Positions 9,940 through 19,243 of a DNA stretch of 64,000 bases are shown here, one piece after another. The translations under genes and the position numbers were made by a program. The notes below the pieces were generated by a model. The model was not told the origin of the DNA. It saw only the letters and a list, made by a program, of their open reading frames with translations, and did no database searches. Source of the DNA: Candidatus Omnitrophota bacterium (GTDB lineage Bacteria > Omnitrophota > Gorgyraeia > Gygaellales > UBA12090); the NCBI GenBank assembly GCA_030674475.1, contig JAUSCZ010000041.1, forward strand, positions 3,481-67,480, in the 5' to 3' direction. Position 1 is the stretch's first letter; each line of letters opens with the position of its first letter.

Positions 9940-10491
9940 TCAATCTTGGCTTTTACCGCAATTCGCTACCGCAGCCGCGTTTAAGCGCGTGTTCGCGTCC
10001 ACGACTTGCTGAATGAATTTTTCCTGCTCTCGCGATATCATTTTCAAAACCTTTGTTTTCTTTTTATGGTTAATCACGGAACCGGAAGGAACACACCGCT
10101 TTTCCGGAATAGCTGCCCCCTCTACTACCGCGAGATGTCCGACAAATACTTTATCCGCTAACGCGGATTTAAAAACCACGGAACCAAAACCGATAAAACA
10201 CTTCTTCCCGATTTTACACGGGCCATGAACAATACAACCGTGCGATAAAGAAGCGCTTTCTCCGATGATTACGGAGCTGTCCCCTAAAGCATGAATAATA
10301 ACCCTGTCCTGGACATTGCAATTATCGCCAATGGAAATAGAACTCCCGGGCTCATCAGCCCTGATAACCGCGCCGGGCGCGACGAATACGTTTTTGCCGA
10401 TACTGACTTTTCCGATAATTACGGCCAAAGGATCAATATAGGCTGTTTTGTCAATCTTCGGATAGCCGCCGCTGGAATTACGCCGTATCAT
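9940..10491 (-). CDS. gamma-class carbonic anhydrase
   Basis: Hexapeptide repeats, IRADE, NVQD.VIIH, SLSHGCIVHGP (three Zn-ligand His); GAAGGAG RBS before ATG 10491. Confidence 0.85.
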   Translation of the reverse strand: MIRRNSSGGYPKIDKTAYIDPLAVIIGKVSIGKNVFVAPGAVIRADEPGSSISIGDNCNVQDRVIIHALGDSSVIIGESASLSHGCIVHGPCKIGKKCFIGFGSVVFKSALADKVFVGHLAVVEGAAIPEKRCVPSGSVINHKKKTKVLKMISREQEKFIQQVVDANTRLNAAAVANCGKSQD

Positions 10492-10507
10492 GCCGGCTCC
10501 TTCATTA

Positions 10508-11536
10508 TTAAACATCTTTTTCTGACACCACCGAGGCTCTACGTAACCTGTCCATTATTGCCGCGCCCAATCCTTCTTCCTTCACGCCTTCGGCGATAAT
10601 AACGTCTACTTGGTCTTGGTCAAAATCTCTTAGCGCGGAAAACAGATTAGCGGCACAAAGAACAGCGTCATTTCCGGGACCAAATAACTTTACGTTGAAA
10701 TCTCCGTATCTATCTTTATTTTCAAATTTTGCCAGTATCCCGAAACGATACCCCCGCAAATCAAACTCGCGCGCCAAGTCTTTTACTTTCTCTACCTGCG
10801 TCTTGCCATTGCCTTCCACAATCAATATCTTCGCGTTCGGAGCATAATGCCGCGGATACATCCCCGCGGATAAAATACCGTCTTTTTTATAGAATTCAAT
10901 TTGAGGAATTATTCTTCGCAACTCCTCTATCCCGATTCCGCCGGGACGTAAAATAGAGAAAGGCTCCCGCGTCAAATCCACAATGGTTGATTCTACTCCG
11001 ATATTCGCGCTTCCACCGTCAATAACCAAATCGATTTTGCCATCTAAATCTTCGAGCACGTGTTGCGCGCTTGTCGGTGATGGCCTGCCGAAAAGATTAG
11101 CGCTGGGCGCGGCTACAGGAGTTTTGGCTTCTTTAATAAGGCTTAAGGCAATCTTATAATTAGGCATTCGCACCGCAACCGTATCTAAGCCGCCAGTCAC
11201 GATATCGGGAATTGCCTCCTGCTTTTTAAGAACAAGGGTAAGCGGCCCTGGCCAAAATTCGCCTATTAAGTCTAAGGTTATCTTGTCTACCTCACGCGCG
11301 ACTTTAAACAAATCCTGCTTATCGGCAATATGCACTATCAAGGGGTCTTCCAGAGGCCGTTTTTTTGCCTGAAATATTTTCGCGCAGGCAACCGGGTTCA
11401 AGGCATCCGCGCCTAAACCGTAGACGGTTTCGGTGGGAAAAGCAACTAAGGCGCCTTCTTTAATAATTTGGCTTGCCTTTTTAATTTTGGAAATGTCTGG
11501 CGCGTAAGCATCAATCTTTAAAATCTCCGTAACCAT
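10508..11536 (-). CDS. tsaC: L-threonylcarbamoyladenylate synthase (Sua5-type TsaC)
   Basis: VAFPTETVYGLGA, AAPSAN, C-terminal SUA5 domain (AIMDRLRRAS). Confidence 0.95.
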   Translation of the reverse strand: MVTEILKIDAYAPDISKIKKASQIIKEGALVAFPTETVYGLGADALNPVACAKIFQAKKRPLEDPLIVHIADKQDLFKVAREVDKITLDLIGEFWPGPLTLVLKKQEAIPDIVTGGLDTVAVRMPNYKIALSLIKEAKTPVAAPSANLFGRPSPTSAQHVLEDLDGKIDLVIDGGSANIGVESTIVDLTREPFSILRPGGIGIEELRRIIPQIEFYKKDGILSAGMYPRHYAPNAKILIVEGNGKTQVEKVKDLAREFDLRGYRFGILAKFENKDRYGDFNVKLFGPGNDAVLCAANLFSALRDFDQDQVDVIIAEGVKEEGLGAAIMDRLRRASVVSEKDV

Positions 11537-11546
11537 CTTATAAGCC

Positions 11547-11594
11547 TTAAAAAACAAATCCAATTACAAATATTAATACAATTAACCTTTGCAT
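11547..11594 (-). pseudogene. 15-codon hydrophobic ORF, probably the remnant of a signal peptide
   Basis: AAGGAGG RBS then MQRLIVLIFVIGFVF*. Confidence 0.35.
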
Positions 11595-11623
11595 GGCTCC
11601 TCCTTTTTATCTGGTTATTAAAT

Positions 11624-11989
11624 TCAAAAGCCATCTTTCAAATCTTTATTTAAAGTAAACATCTCAACCCTCTCTCCTGTTTCCGGATTAAAGCTTGAAT
11701 GGACATCAACCACTTCAGCGCCGGTTAATTCTTTTATGGTTTGTTCTAACAAAGGTTTAATCTTTTCGATAAGCTTTTCTTTTAATTCCTTTATCAATTC
11801 CATCCCCTCTTCTTTTTTGACCATCATTCTTTCTGCCGGAGGCAAGACCCCTTTAAATCTGACGATTATCGTATCGCCCGCCACTTCGGCGGCTGCTGTT
11901 TCAACCTGCTCGCCAATTTGCTCTTTTAATATCATAGTTAACTTCTGGCAAATCATCACTTCAACATCCTGTTTTGACTTAATAGTCAT
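11624..11989 (-). CDS. DUF2294 / MpsC family protein (copy 1, divergent)
   Basis: IIVRFKGVLPPAER, VVDVHSSFNPETGERVEMFTL; GGAGG RBS. Confidence 0.8.
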   Translation of the reverse strand: MTIKSKQDVEVMICQKLTMILKEQIGEQVETAAAEVAGDTIIVRFKGVLPPAERMMVKKEEGMELIKELKEKLIEKIKPLLEQTIKELTGAEVVDVHSSFNPETGERVEMFTLNKDLKDGF

Positions 11990-12060
11990 AGTGCGGCCTC
12001 CTTTACATCAAGCAGGTTCCTCAATTCTCTTTTTTGCCCCTTTTATAGCCTCTTCATCAT

Positions 12061-12243
12061 TAGTGCTCCGTCAAATTAATTCTTATGGGTAAGCGGAATT
12101 TGACTCCGCACTTCCGCTAGGGGGGCAAGCCCCCCCATTCGGCGCTCACTTCGCTGAGCACCCCCCAAACGTGGGGGACGGTCTCCCCCACACCCCCTTT
12201 AATGCACTGTCCAACACATAAGAATTTATTTAACAGTGCATTA
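12061..12243. mobile_element. MITE of about 180 bp with imperfect 27-bp terminal inverted repeats, flanked by TA
   Basis: Left TAGTGCTCCGTCAAATTAATTCTTATG versus reverse complement of the right end TAATGCACTGTTAAATAAATTCTTATG; GC-rich internal hairpins; right end overlaps the purC stop. Confidence 0.7.
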
Positions 12244-13140
12244 GAATAATTTTAGCGCTTCTCCCGTAAACATCTCGAGGGCCTGTAAGTATTTTTCAGA
12301 GGTCTTTAAAACTATTTCTTCGGGCAATTCCGGAGCCGGTGCTGTTTTATCCCAATCCAACGTCTCAAGATAATCCCTCACGAACTGTTTGTCAAAGCTC
12401 GGCTGCGCCTGGCCCGGCCGATAGCGGTCTTTCGGCCAAAAACGCGAAGAATCCGGGGTTAACACTTCGTCAATAAGGATGACCTCGTCCTGGTATAAGC
12501 CAAACTCGAACTTCGTATCGGCAATAATTATGCCTTTTGGTTCAGCATACGCGCTTGCCTTTAAATACAGAGCCAGACTCAATTCTTTTAGCTGGGTAGT
12601 GATTTCTTTGCCCAGTTCCCGCTCTACGTAATCCTGCGAAACGTTAATGTCGTGACTGACATCTTCTTTGGTTGAGGGAGTAAAAATAGGCTCCGGCAGC
12701 TTATCCGACTCCTTAAGCCCGGAGGGCAATTTTAGGCCGCAAATTGACCGGCTTTGCTGATATTCTTTCCAGCCTGAGCCGGAAAGATAACCTCTTACAA
12801 TACATTCAACCGGTATGGATTTGGCTTTTTTGACCAGCATGGAGCGGCCTTTTAGAATATCCTTATATTTTGATAATTCTTCAGGGTAACCGTTGACCTC
12901 CGCGGTAATCAAGTGATTAACAACAATATCTTTGGTAAACTCAAACCAAAACAGGCTCAACTTAGTTAAAACTTCCCCTTTATGCGGTATGCAAGTAGGC
13001 AAAACCACATCAAAACAGGATATTCTGTCGCTAGATATAATCAAAAGCTTATCTTTTAAGTCATAGACATCTCTTACTTTTCCTCTTTTGAAAAAATCAA
13101 TCTCGGAAAAATTGGTCATTCGCAGTGGTTCAGCAGCCAT
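12241..13140 (-). CDS. purC: SAICAR synthase
   Basis: [49 protein letters not shown]. Confidence 0.96.
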   Translation of the reverse strand: MAAEPLRMTNFSEIDFFKRGKVRDVYDLKDKLLIISSDRISCFDVVLPTCIPHKGEVLTKLSLFWFEFTKDIVVNHLITAEVNGYPEELSKYKDILKGRSMLVKKAKSIPVECIVRGYLSGSGWKEYQQSRSICGLKLPSGLKESDKLPEPIFTPSTKEDVSHDINVSQDYVERELGKEITTQLKELSLALYLKASAYAEPKGIIIADTKFEFGLYQDEVILIDEVLTPDSSRFWPKDRYRPGQAQPSFDKQFVRDYLETLDWDKTAPAPELPEEIVLKTSEKYLQALEMFTGEALKLF

Positions 13141-13141
13141 C

Positions 13142-14971
13142 TTAAGCGCCGCCCCTATCTGTAAACCTTATAGAATCTTCTATATCTTCAGCAGGCCTGT
13201 TGTTATTTAACTGCTCTAATAACGCCTCGTACTCTTGCAATATCTCTTGAGGCAGGCGCCCGGAAAACTGGCCTAAGAACTTTTCAATATCCTGCAATTC
13301 TGCCTGCCATTCCTTAGGATTAACCTCAAAGAGTTTATCCAACTGCCGCGGCGGGATATTTAACCCCGACAACTCTAAGTCTTTGAGGCGAGGGATTAAT
13401 CCTATAGGGGTCTTATGGGCTTCAAGCTTGTTATTTACCCGGTCTAAAATCCATTTTAATACCCGGATATTCTCGCCAAAACCCGGCCAGATAAATTTAC
13501 CTTCATCATCAACTCTGAACCAGTTGACCGAGAATATCTTTGGCGGATGCTTTAATTTCTTACCGACGTTCAGCCAGTGCCTGAAATAATCGCCCATGTT
13601 ATAGCCGCAGAAAGGCAGCATTGCCATCGGATCCCTTCTTAATACCCCTTCCTTATGAATAGCAGCCGCGGTAGTTTCCGAGCCGGTCCTGGCCCCCAGG
13701 AACACGCCGTGCTGCCAATTAAAGGCCTCGGTAACCAAAGGGATCAACTGGGTCCTGCGTCCGCCCAGGATTATCGCCGAAATCGGCACGCCTTTAGGAT
13801 TATCAAATTCCTTGGAAAGCGTGGGTGAATTGTATATAGACACGGTAAAACGGGAATTGGGATGCGCGGCTTTTGTGTCTTTCGCGCTATCCCAGGGCTT
13901 ACCCTGCCAATCCAGCAAATTCTTAGGCACCGCCCCATCCAGGCCTTCCCACCACGGCTCATTATTGCCGGTATCTAAAGCGGTATTAGTAAAAAGGGTA
14001 GGATAGAATTTATCCGTTTTTAAAGTCCTAAGCATATTAGGATTGGTTTTCATTGAGGTGCCGGGAGCTACCCCGAATAATCCTGCTTCCGGATTAATCG
14101 CCCAGAGCCTTCCGTCGGAGCCGACGTTGAGCCAGGCAATATCATCTCCTAAAGTCCATACCTTATATCCGGGCAGCGCCGACTCCAGCATGGCAAGGTT
14201 AGTTTTCCCGCAGGCGGAAGGCAATGCCGCGGTAACATAGGTTACGTTTCCTTTAGGGTCCTCAATGCCCAGAATTACCATATGCTCGGCAAGCCAGCCT
14301 TCCTGAAAGCCCAGCCAGGAAGCGATTCTTAGAGAAAAACACTTCTTGCCTAATAAGGCATTCCCTCCATAGCCGGAGCCGATGCTCCAGACCAAATGTT
14401 CATCCGGGAAATGCATAATGAAACGTTTATTGGGATCCAGGTCGCCTATGGAATGCAGTCCCTTGACAAAATCTTCAGACTTTCCTATTTTCTCTATTGA
14501 CTTCTTGCTCATCCGGGTCATTACGCGCATACTTATGGCTACATAGGAAATATCGGTAAGCTGGACACAGGCCTTGGCATACGGCGAATCCGGATGCCCC
14601 ATCATATAAGGCAAGACATACATAGTCCTGCCGCGCATACAGCCGGAGGATAACGCGCGCATTTTTTCTTTTGCCTCGTCAGGCGCCATCCAGTTATTAT
14701 TCGGCCCGGCGGTCTCCTTATCAGAATGACAGACATAGGTCAGGTGCTCGGTGCGAGCCACATCAGTGGGATGGCTGCGATGATAATAACCATTCGGCCA
14801 GTCCTTCTGATTGAGTTTGTGAAAAATAGCCTGCCCGTTAATCTTCTCTTCCTTCATCCCTATCTCAATCAGCCTGCGGGCCTCTTCTTCCGAACCGTCA
14901 CACCAATAAATCTTATCCGGACAGGTCAGCCTTGCCTGTTCCTCAACCCACTTCTCAAGCGCTGTAGCCAT
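13142..14971 (-). CDS. pckG: phosphoenolpyruvate carboxykinase (GTP)
   Basis: [50 protein letters not shown]. Confidence 0.96.
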   Translation of the reverse strand: MATALEKWVEEQARLTCPDKIYWCDGSEEEARRLIEIGMKEEKINGQAIFHKLNQKDWPNGYYHRSHPTDVARTEHLTYVCHSDKETAGPNNNWMAPDEAKEKMRALSSGCMRGRTMYVLPYMMGHPDSPYAKACVQLTDISYVAISMRVMTRMSKKSIEKIGKSEDFVKGLHSIGDLDPNKRFIMHFPDEHLVWSIGSGYGGNALLGKKCFSLRIASWLGFQEGWLAEHMVILGIEDPKGNVTYVTAALPSACGKTNLAMLESALPGYKVWTLGDDIAWLNVGSDGRLWAINPEAGLFGVAPGTSMKTNPNMLRTLKTDKFYPTLFTNTALDTGNNEPWWEGLDGAVPKNLLDWQGKPWDSAKDTKAAHPNSRFTVSIYNSPTLSKEFDNPKGVPISAIILGGRRTQLIPLVTEAFNWQHGVFLGARTGSETTAAAIHKEGVLRRDPMAMLPFCGYNMGDYFRHWLNVGKKLKHPPKIFSVNWFRVDDEGKFIWPGFGENIRVLKWILDRVNNKLEAHKTPIGLIPRLKDLELSGLNIPPRQLDKLFEVNPKEWQAELQDIEKFLGQFSGRLPQEILQEYEALLEQLNNNRPAEDIEDSIRFTDRGGA

Positions 14972-15010
14972 TTGTTCTTTTCCTCCTATTTTTTAAAATT
15001 AATGCCCAAT

Positions 15011-15076
15011 AAAAAAGCCAACATCTTTTTCCGCTTTTTCACCAAAATGAAAAAGCGGAAAAACTGATGTTGGCTT
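15011..15076 (-). terminator. intrinsic terminator inside the pckG 5' leader (attenuator)
   Basis: About 27-bp stem AAGCCAACATC..TTTTTCCGCTTTTTCA / TGAAAAAGCGGAAAAA.GATGTTGGCTT followed by a U run, located between the promoter and the pckG RBS. Confidence 0.75.
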
Positions 15077-15168
15077 ACTTTATAGCAGCCCCCTTTAATT
15101 CAAGGGCGTCTACCGAAGTCTTCCAATCATTACTCAATAGATATTACACTAAAATCCTGATTTTGCAA
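15066..15168 (-). promoter_or_regulatory. promoter plus putative antiterminator/aptamer hairpin of the pckG leader
   Basis: TTGCAA-16-TAATAT at 15168-15141; UUGG/CCAA, ACUU/AAGU, UAG/CUA, GCCC/GGGC pairings form a hairpin that overlaps the terminator 5' arm. Confidence 0.55.
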
Positions 15169-15172
15169 GGGT

Positions 15173-15544
15173 TTACTCTTGGAACCTGGTTTCCAAATCC
15201 TGATCCAGGATAAAAATAATTACCCGTTCTCCGGTCCTGGTGCTGATATCAGTATGCAAGCTCCTTACCTGACAGCCGGTGATATTGACCACGATATTCT
15301 CCAATAAATGCCTGGCCGCGTCCAACAGGCTGACCCGGGTCTTTTTAATCAAATCCGCGCCCTCGGCGGTCTTGGCCAGCTGTTCTTCAGCCGGGGTAAG
15401 CACTCCTTTTAGGCGCACTAAGACCATATCCTTGATGATATAGGTCCGGGTTTCCGTAGGGCCCCGCCCCATATAATCCTTTTCAAACTTTATTATCGCC
15501 TCGCTTACCTGGGCCTCAGTCTGTCCTTTGGTTATCGCGCTCAT
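15173..15544 (-). CDS. DUF2294 / MpsC family protein (copy 2, canonical)
   Basis: TKGQTEAQVSEAIIKFEKDYMGRGP, LVRLKGVLTPAE, SLHTDISTRTGERVIIF. Confidence 0.88.
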   Translation of the reverse strand: MSAITKGQTEAQVSEAIIKFEKDYMGRGPTETRTYIIKDMVLVRLKGVLTPAEEQLAKTAEGADLIKKTRVSLLDAARHLLENIVVNITGCQVRSLHTDISTRTGERVIIFILDQDLETRFQE

Positions 15545-15630
15545 TTTATCAGCCTCACATAAATGCTGGAGGCCAACTCCTTATCCACGGCAAACTGGGA
15601 CTGGCCCAACTGCAGGACATTAGGAAGGGA
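15543..15630 (-). repeat. displaced duplicate of the dtxR-feoA 3' end (att-like direct repeat)
   Basis: Near-identical to 16632-16718 (a few substitutions and a 1-bp insertion). Confidence 0.9.
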
Positions 15631-15643
15631 CTTTTTGAGGACT

Positions 15644-16216
15644 CTATCCATTTTTCATCAGTTCTTTCAACGGCCTTTCAAATCTATCAAGGATTTCCGG
15701 CATTTCCAGCACATCGGAAAATTCCTTAAGCCATTTTCTAAGATAAGCTACATCTAGTTTCTTTCCCTGACGCATGATTACGCTTTCTATATCAGCCAAA
15801 TCCCGCGGCCTTCCTGCCACCGCTTTATGAATAATGAGATCTTCCGCGGAGCATATTTTTACGATATGCCCCTTTCCTAGTTTACATTCTACTGCCCGGC
15901 TTATTACTTCTTCTTCATACCCGGGAATACCGAGGGAGATATCTACTTCATAGTCTTCTTTACTCCTGATAAGGCATATTCTGTTTCTAAGGGCAAATTC
16001 CATGGCATCAGGAATACGGGCGGAAAAAACCGAAAGAATTTTTTTTATAACCTTTTTTTCTTCACCTAAATTGACCAGGATGGTAACATCCACATCGCGG
16101 GTAAATCTCGGTTCTCCCCACCATTGAAGCGCAATTCCGCCAATAAGCGCGTAGGGAATACTTTCTCGCGTTAAAAATTCGTGAACCTCCCGCATTGTCT
16201 TTAACTGCGGATTCAT
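15644..16216 (-). CDS. nucleotidyltransferase (DUF6036/AbiEii-like), putative TA component
   Basis: YALIGGIA...PRFTRDVD, SAEDLIIHKAVAGRPRDLADI. Confidence 0.75.
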   Translation of the reverse strand: MNPQLKTMREVHEFLTRESIPYALIGGIALQWWGEPRFTRDVDVTILVNLGEEKKVIKKILSVFSARIPDAMEFALRNRICLIRSKEDYEVDISLGIPGYEEEVISRAVECKLGKGHIVKICSAEDLIIHKAVAGRPRDLADIESVIMRQGKKLDVAYLRKWLKEFSDVLEMPEILDRFERPLKELMKNG

Positions 16217-16470
16217 TGTCCTCCCCTAAATCTTCCTGCCCGGTTAAAAAACTGTCTTCTTTTTAGAAGGAACTCGATTTTTTTCTTCTGAAGTATTTCC
16301 CAACTTCCCTTCCTGGTTCCTTTTTCAGCTAATTCGCATAAAGCAATATACTCGCGAGACGAATCCTCTCCCGATAGCCGGGTGAGTCTCTTCTTCTTCT
16401 CTTCAGCAATCAGTTCATCAGCCCTTTTATGGCCTTCAAGAAAACTTAATATCGTATCTTTCCTAATCAT
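16213..16470 (-). CDS. small basic protein, putative partner of the nucleotidyltransferase
   Basis: 85 aa; ATGA overlap with the NTase gene; lies inside the direct-repeat-bounded insert. Confidence 0.6.
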   Translation of the reverse strand: MIRKDTILSFLEGHKRADELIAEEKKKRLTRLSGEDSSREYIALCELAEKGTRKGSWEILQKKKIEFLLKRRQFFNRAGRFRGGQ

Positions 16471-16629
16471 CTTATCCTGCCCCTAACCTCTAAATCAGCT
16501 TTTAACCCGCCCGGAATTTGCGATAGAAACGGCACTCTTCTCTTTAGTCCTTATTTTAACACTATTTTAGATTAGTTCAATGCCGTTTTTCCTTTCACTT
16601 TTATTCGCTCTTTATAAAAAGGAAAAAGG

Positions 16630-17277
16630 TTATTTTATCAGCCTCACATAAATGCTCGAGGCCAGTTCCTTATCCACGGCAAACTGGGACTGGCCCAACT
16701 GCAGGACATAGGAAGGGAATTTCTGGAGCAGGTTTACCGACATACCCGGCAGGACCCCGATGCTCATTAACTTCTGCATTTGGGAATTGTCTTTAGCGTG
16801 CAGGTAGGCAATCTCGCCCTTGTCCTTAACTTCCAACTCTGAAAGAGAAGAGACAAATTTCATCACCCTGCCCTTCTTATTCTCTTTCGCCCCGCAGCAC
16901 CTTCCAGGCGGAATAGGTTTTCCGTGCGGGCAGACCTTAGGATGGCCCAAGACAATACAGACATTCTCCTCAACTCCCTCATGAAGAAGATGTTCAAACT
17001 TACAGCTGACTTCATTGATCCCCTTATCTTTGATATCCAGGACATCAACCAATAGCCGTTCCGCCAGGCGGTGGCGGCGCAGGGCCTTCTGGGCTTCGGT
17101 CTTTCCCTTATCCAAGAGATGGATATGGTCAACATCCCGGCGGATATAGCCTAATTTCACCAACTCTTCAATTGCCGGGTCATCCCGGCCCATCCCTAAA
17201 TCCAGGGGTTTCTTGCCCTGCTCCTCCATCTGCACTGCCAGGGCCTCTAATATTTCCTCCGCGTGTTCGGAAAGCAT
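16630..17277 (-). CDS. DtxR/MntR metal-dependent regulator fused to a FeoA domain
   Basis: RRHRLAERLLVD, CKFEH, GHPKVCPHGKPIP; C-terminal KLMSIGVLPG...FAVDKELA. Confidence 0.88.
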   Translation of the reverse strand: MLSEHAEEILEALAVQMEEQGKKPLDLGMGRDDPAIEELVKLGYIRRDVDHIHLLDKGKTEAQKALRRHRLAERLLVDVLDIKDKGINEVSCKFEHLLHEGVEENVCIVLGHPKVCPHGKPIPPGRCCGAKENKKGRVMKFVSSLSELEVKDKGEIAYLHAKDNSQMQKLMSIGVLPGMSVNLLQKFPSYVLQLGQSQFAVDKELASSIYVRLIK

Positions 17278-17295
17278 ATTTCCTCCCTTAATTAA

Positions 17296-18765
17296 TTATA
17301 ACGCTATATGCAAAAGGTTTAAAATAAGATTTACCAAATACCCTATACTAAAAGAAAAAAACAGGATAAATATTGACATCCCGATCCCCATTTTTATGCC
17401 CCGCTCCTTAACATTCATAAGCAACTGGGCAATGCAGGGCAGGAACAAAGTCAAGGTGATGCAGGATACCACTAACTGATTCCCGGAGAGCAATCCGGCC
17501 TTCTTTAAATCATACAGCCCGGCGGCCCCGTAATCCCGGCGGAAGAAACCGAACAAAAAGGCCACTGCCGCCTGATCCGGCAGGCCGAGGGCGCGGATAG
17601 GGTGTTCCAGGATTCTTACGCAGACACCAAAGATCCCTGTAATCTGGCCTAACCAGATAAGCAGGCTGGCAAAGATGAATAAAGGGAATATTTCTTTGAA
17701 ATACCACTTCAGGCGGCTCCAGGTCTTGCGCAGGACATTGGAAAACTGCGGCAGTCGTAATGGCGGTATCTCCATATAAAAGGTAGGCAGTTCCCCAGGC
17801 ATAATCTTAGCCGCCAAGAAACCCACCAGCAGGAAAACCAGAATAATTACCCCCAGCCAGACCACCAGGCCTAACGGACTACCCTCTAAGAGGGCAAAGA
17901 TCACCCCCATTTGTGCCGAGCAAGGAATAGCCAAAGCTAAAAGCAAGGTAGCAATAATCCGCTCCCTTTTAGTAGGCAGTGTCCGGGTAACCATTGTAGC
18001 CATAGTATCGCAGCCAAAGCCCAAAACCAAAGGTATCACTGCCCGGCCGGAAAGGCCTATCCTCTTAAACAACTGATCCACCAGCATTGCCAGTCTCGGA
18101 AGGTATCCGGTATCCTCCACAATGGCAAAGGCAAAGAAAAAAGTAGCCACTATCGGCAGAATTATAGCAAAGGCATAGCGCACCCCCAGGGTTATCACCC
18201 CGTATTCCCCCACCAAGAGATCCTGCAAAAGCTTAAACGGTATCAGGGCAGTTACCCACTGGGTTACCCAGGGATTGATATGATTTATAAAAACCTTGTT
18301 TTCCAGGAAATCCACCAGGAACCCGGAGCCAAAACTGCCCACGAACTTATACAGCCCGTAGTAGAGAACAAATAAAAGTATGGGCGCTCCGGTCAGCGGA
18401 TTCATCATAATCCGGCTCAAGCGCTCCTGTATGCCCATTTTAGGCTTACTCCCAAAAACCATCACCCGGCCGGAAATTAAGCTGGCCTCCTCTTGGCGGC
18501 GTAGGCTAATAAGATAGTTCAGCGGCTGAGAATAATGGGCCTTGGCCTCGCCAATAGCCTTTTCTATCTCAAAAAAATTCCCGGGCTCTTTTTCCTTGAC
18601 CAATCCCAGGATTTCCGCGTCCTCCTGTAAAAGCAGAAGGGCCAAGGAGCGCTTGGTTATTTTATAGCCGCTTCCCTGAAGCAAGGCCTCAATCCGGGAA
18701 ATATAGACCTCAATGGTATCGTTATATCCTACATTACAGCTATTTTTCGGCTCGGTTTTTGACAT
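17296..18765 (-). CDS. feoB: ferrous iron transporter FeoB, membrane part (split gene)
   Basis: EDTGYLPRLA, LGFGCDTMA, IPCSAQ, FYMEIPPLRLP, TLFLPCIA; own GAGGA RBS. Confidence 0.88.
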   Translation of the reverse strand: MSKTEPKNSCNVGYNDTIEVYISRIEALLQGSGYKITKRSLALLLLQEDAEILGLVKEKEPGNFFEIEKAIGEAKAHYSQPLNYLISLRRQEEASLISGRVMVFGSKPKMGIQERLSRIMMNPLTGAPILLFVLYYGLYKFVGSFGSGFLVDFLENKVFINHINPWVTQWVTALIPFKLLQDLLVGEYGVITLGVRYAFAIILPIVATFFFAFAIVEDTGYLPRLAMLVDQLFKRIGLSGRAVIPLVLGFGCDTMATMVTRTLPTKRERIIATLLLALAIPCSAQMGVIFALLEGSPLGLVVWLGVIILVFLLVGFLAAKIMPGELPTFYMEIPPLRLPQFSNVLRKTWSRLKWYFKEIFPLFIFASLLIWLGQITGIFGVCVRILEHPIRALGLPDQAAVAFLFGFFRRDYGAAGLYDLKKAGLLSGNQLVVSCITLTLFLPCIAQLLMNVKERGIKMGIGMSIFILFFSFSIGYLVNLILNLLHIAL

Positions 18766-19243
18766 ATTCCTCAATCTTTCCCCTTAAGACATCTATGCCT
18801 TTGCCGGTGGTAGAAACCGTCCCGGCGACCGGGATATTTAATTCCTTCTCCAGCCGGGCAATATCAATCCTTATTCCGGCTTTCTGGGCCTCATCCATAA
18901 TGTTTAAAACCAGGATAACCCCAAGGCCCGCCTCTAATAATTGCAGGGTCAGAGGCAGCATCCGCTCTAAATTCCGGGCATCAATCACATGCAGGATGAC
19001 TACCGGGCCCTCATCCAGCAAGATTGACCGGCCCACCCTTTCCTCCTCGGTTATAGAGAATAGGGAATACATTCCTGGGGTATCCACAATCTCAAACTGC
19101 TCATCCCCTATTTTGCATTTTCCGCGGGAGACCTCCACCGTTGTCCCGGGATAATTGGAGACCACGGCGTAACTGCCGGTGAGGCCATTAAAGAGGACTG
19201 ATTTACCTACATTAGGAGAACCGACTATGGCTATTTTACGCAT
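18740..19243 (-). CDS. feoB: FeoB small GTPase domain (split gene)
   Basis: GSPNVGKS, NYPGTTVE, DTPG, NIMD. Confidence 0.9.
   Translation of the reverse strand: MRKIAIVGSPNVGKSVLFNGLTGSYAVVSNYPGTTVEVSRGKCKIGDEQFEIVDTPGMYSLFSITEEERVGRSILLDEGPVVILHVIDARNLERMLPLTLQLLEAGLGVILVLNIMDEAQKAGIRIDIARLEKELNIPVAGTVSTTGKGIDVLRGKIEEYVKNRAEK

Noticed and set aside
15563-15757. 64-aa plus-strand ORF
   Set aside because: Antisense reading of the duplicated dtxR-feoA end and the NTase gene.
17296-19243. feoB as a frameshifted pseudogene
   Set aside because: The second ORF has its own RBS and ATG, the break falls at the domain boundary, and both halves keep their motifs.
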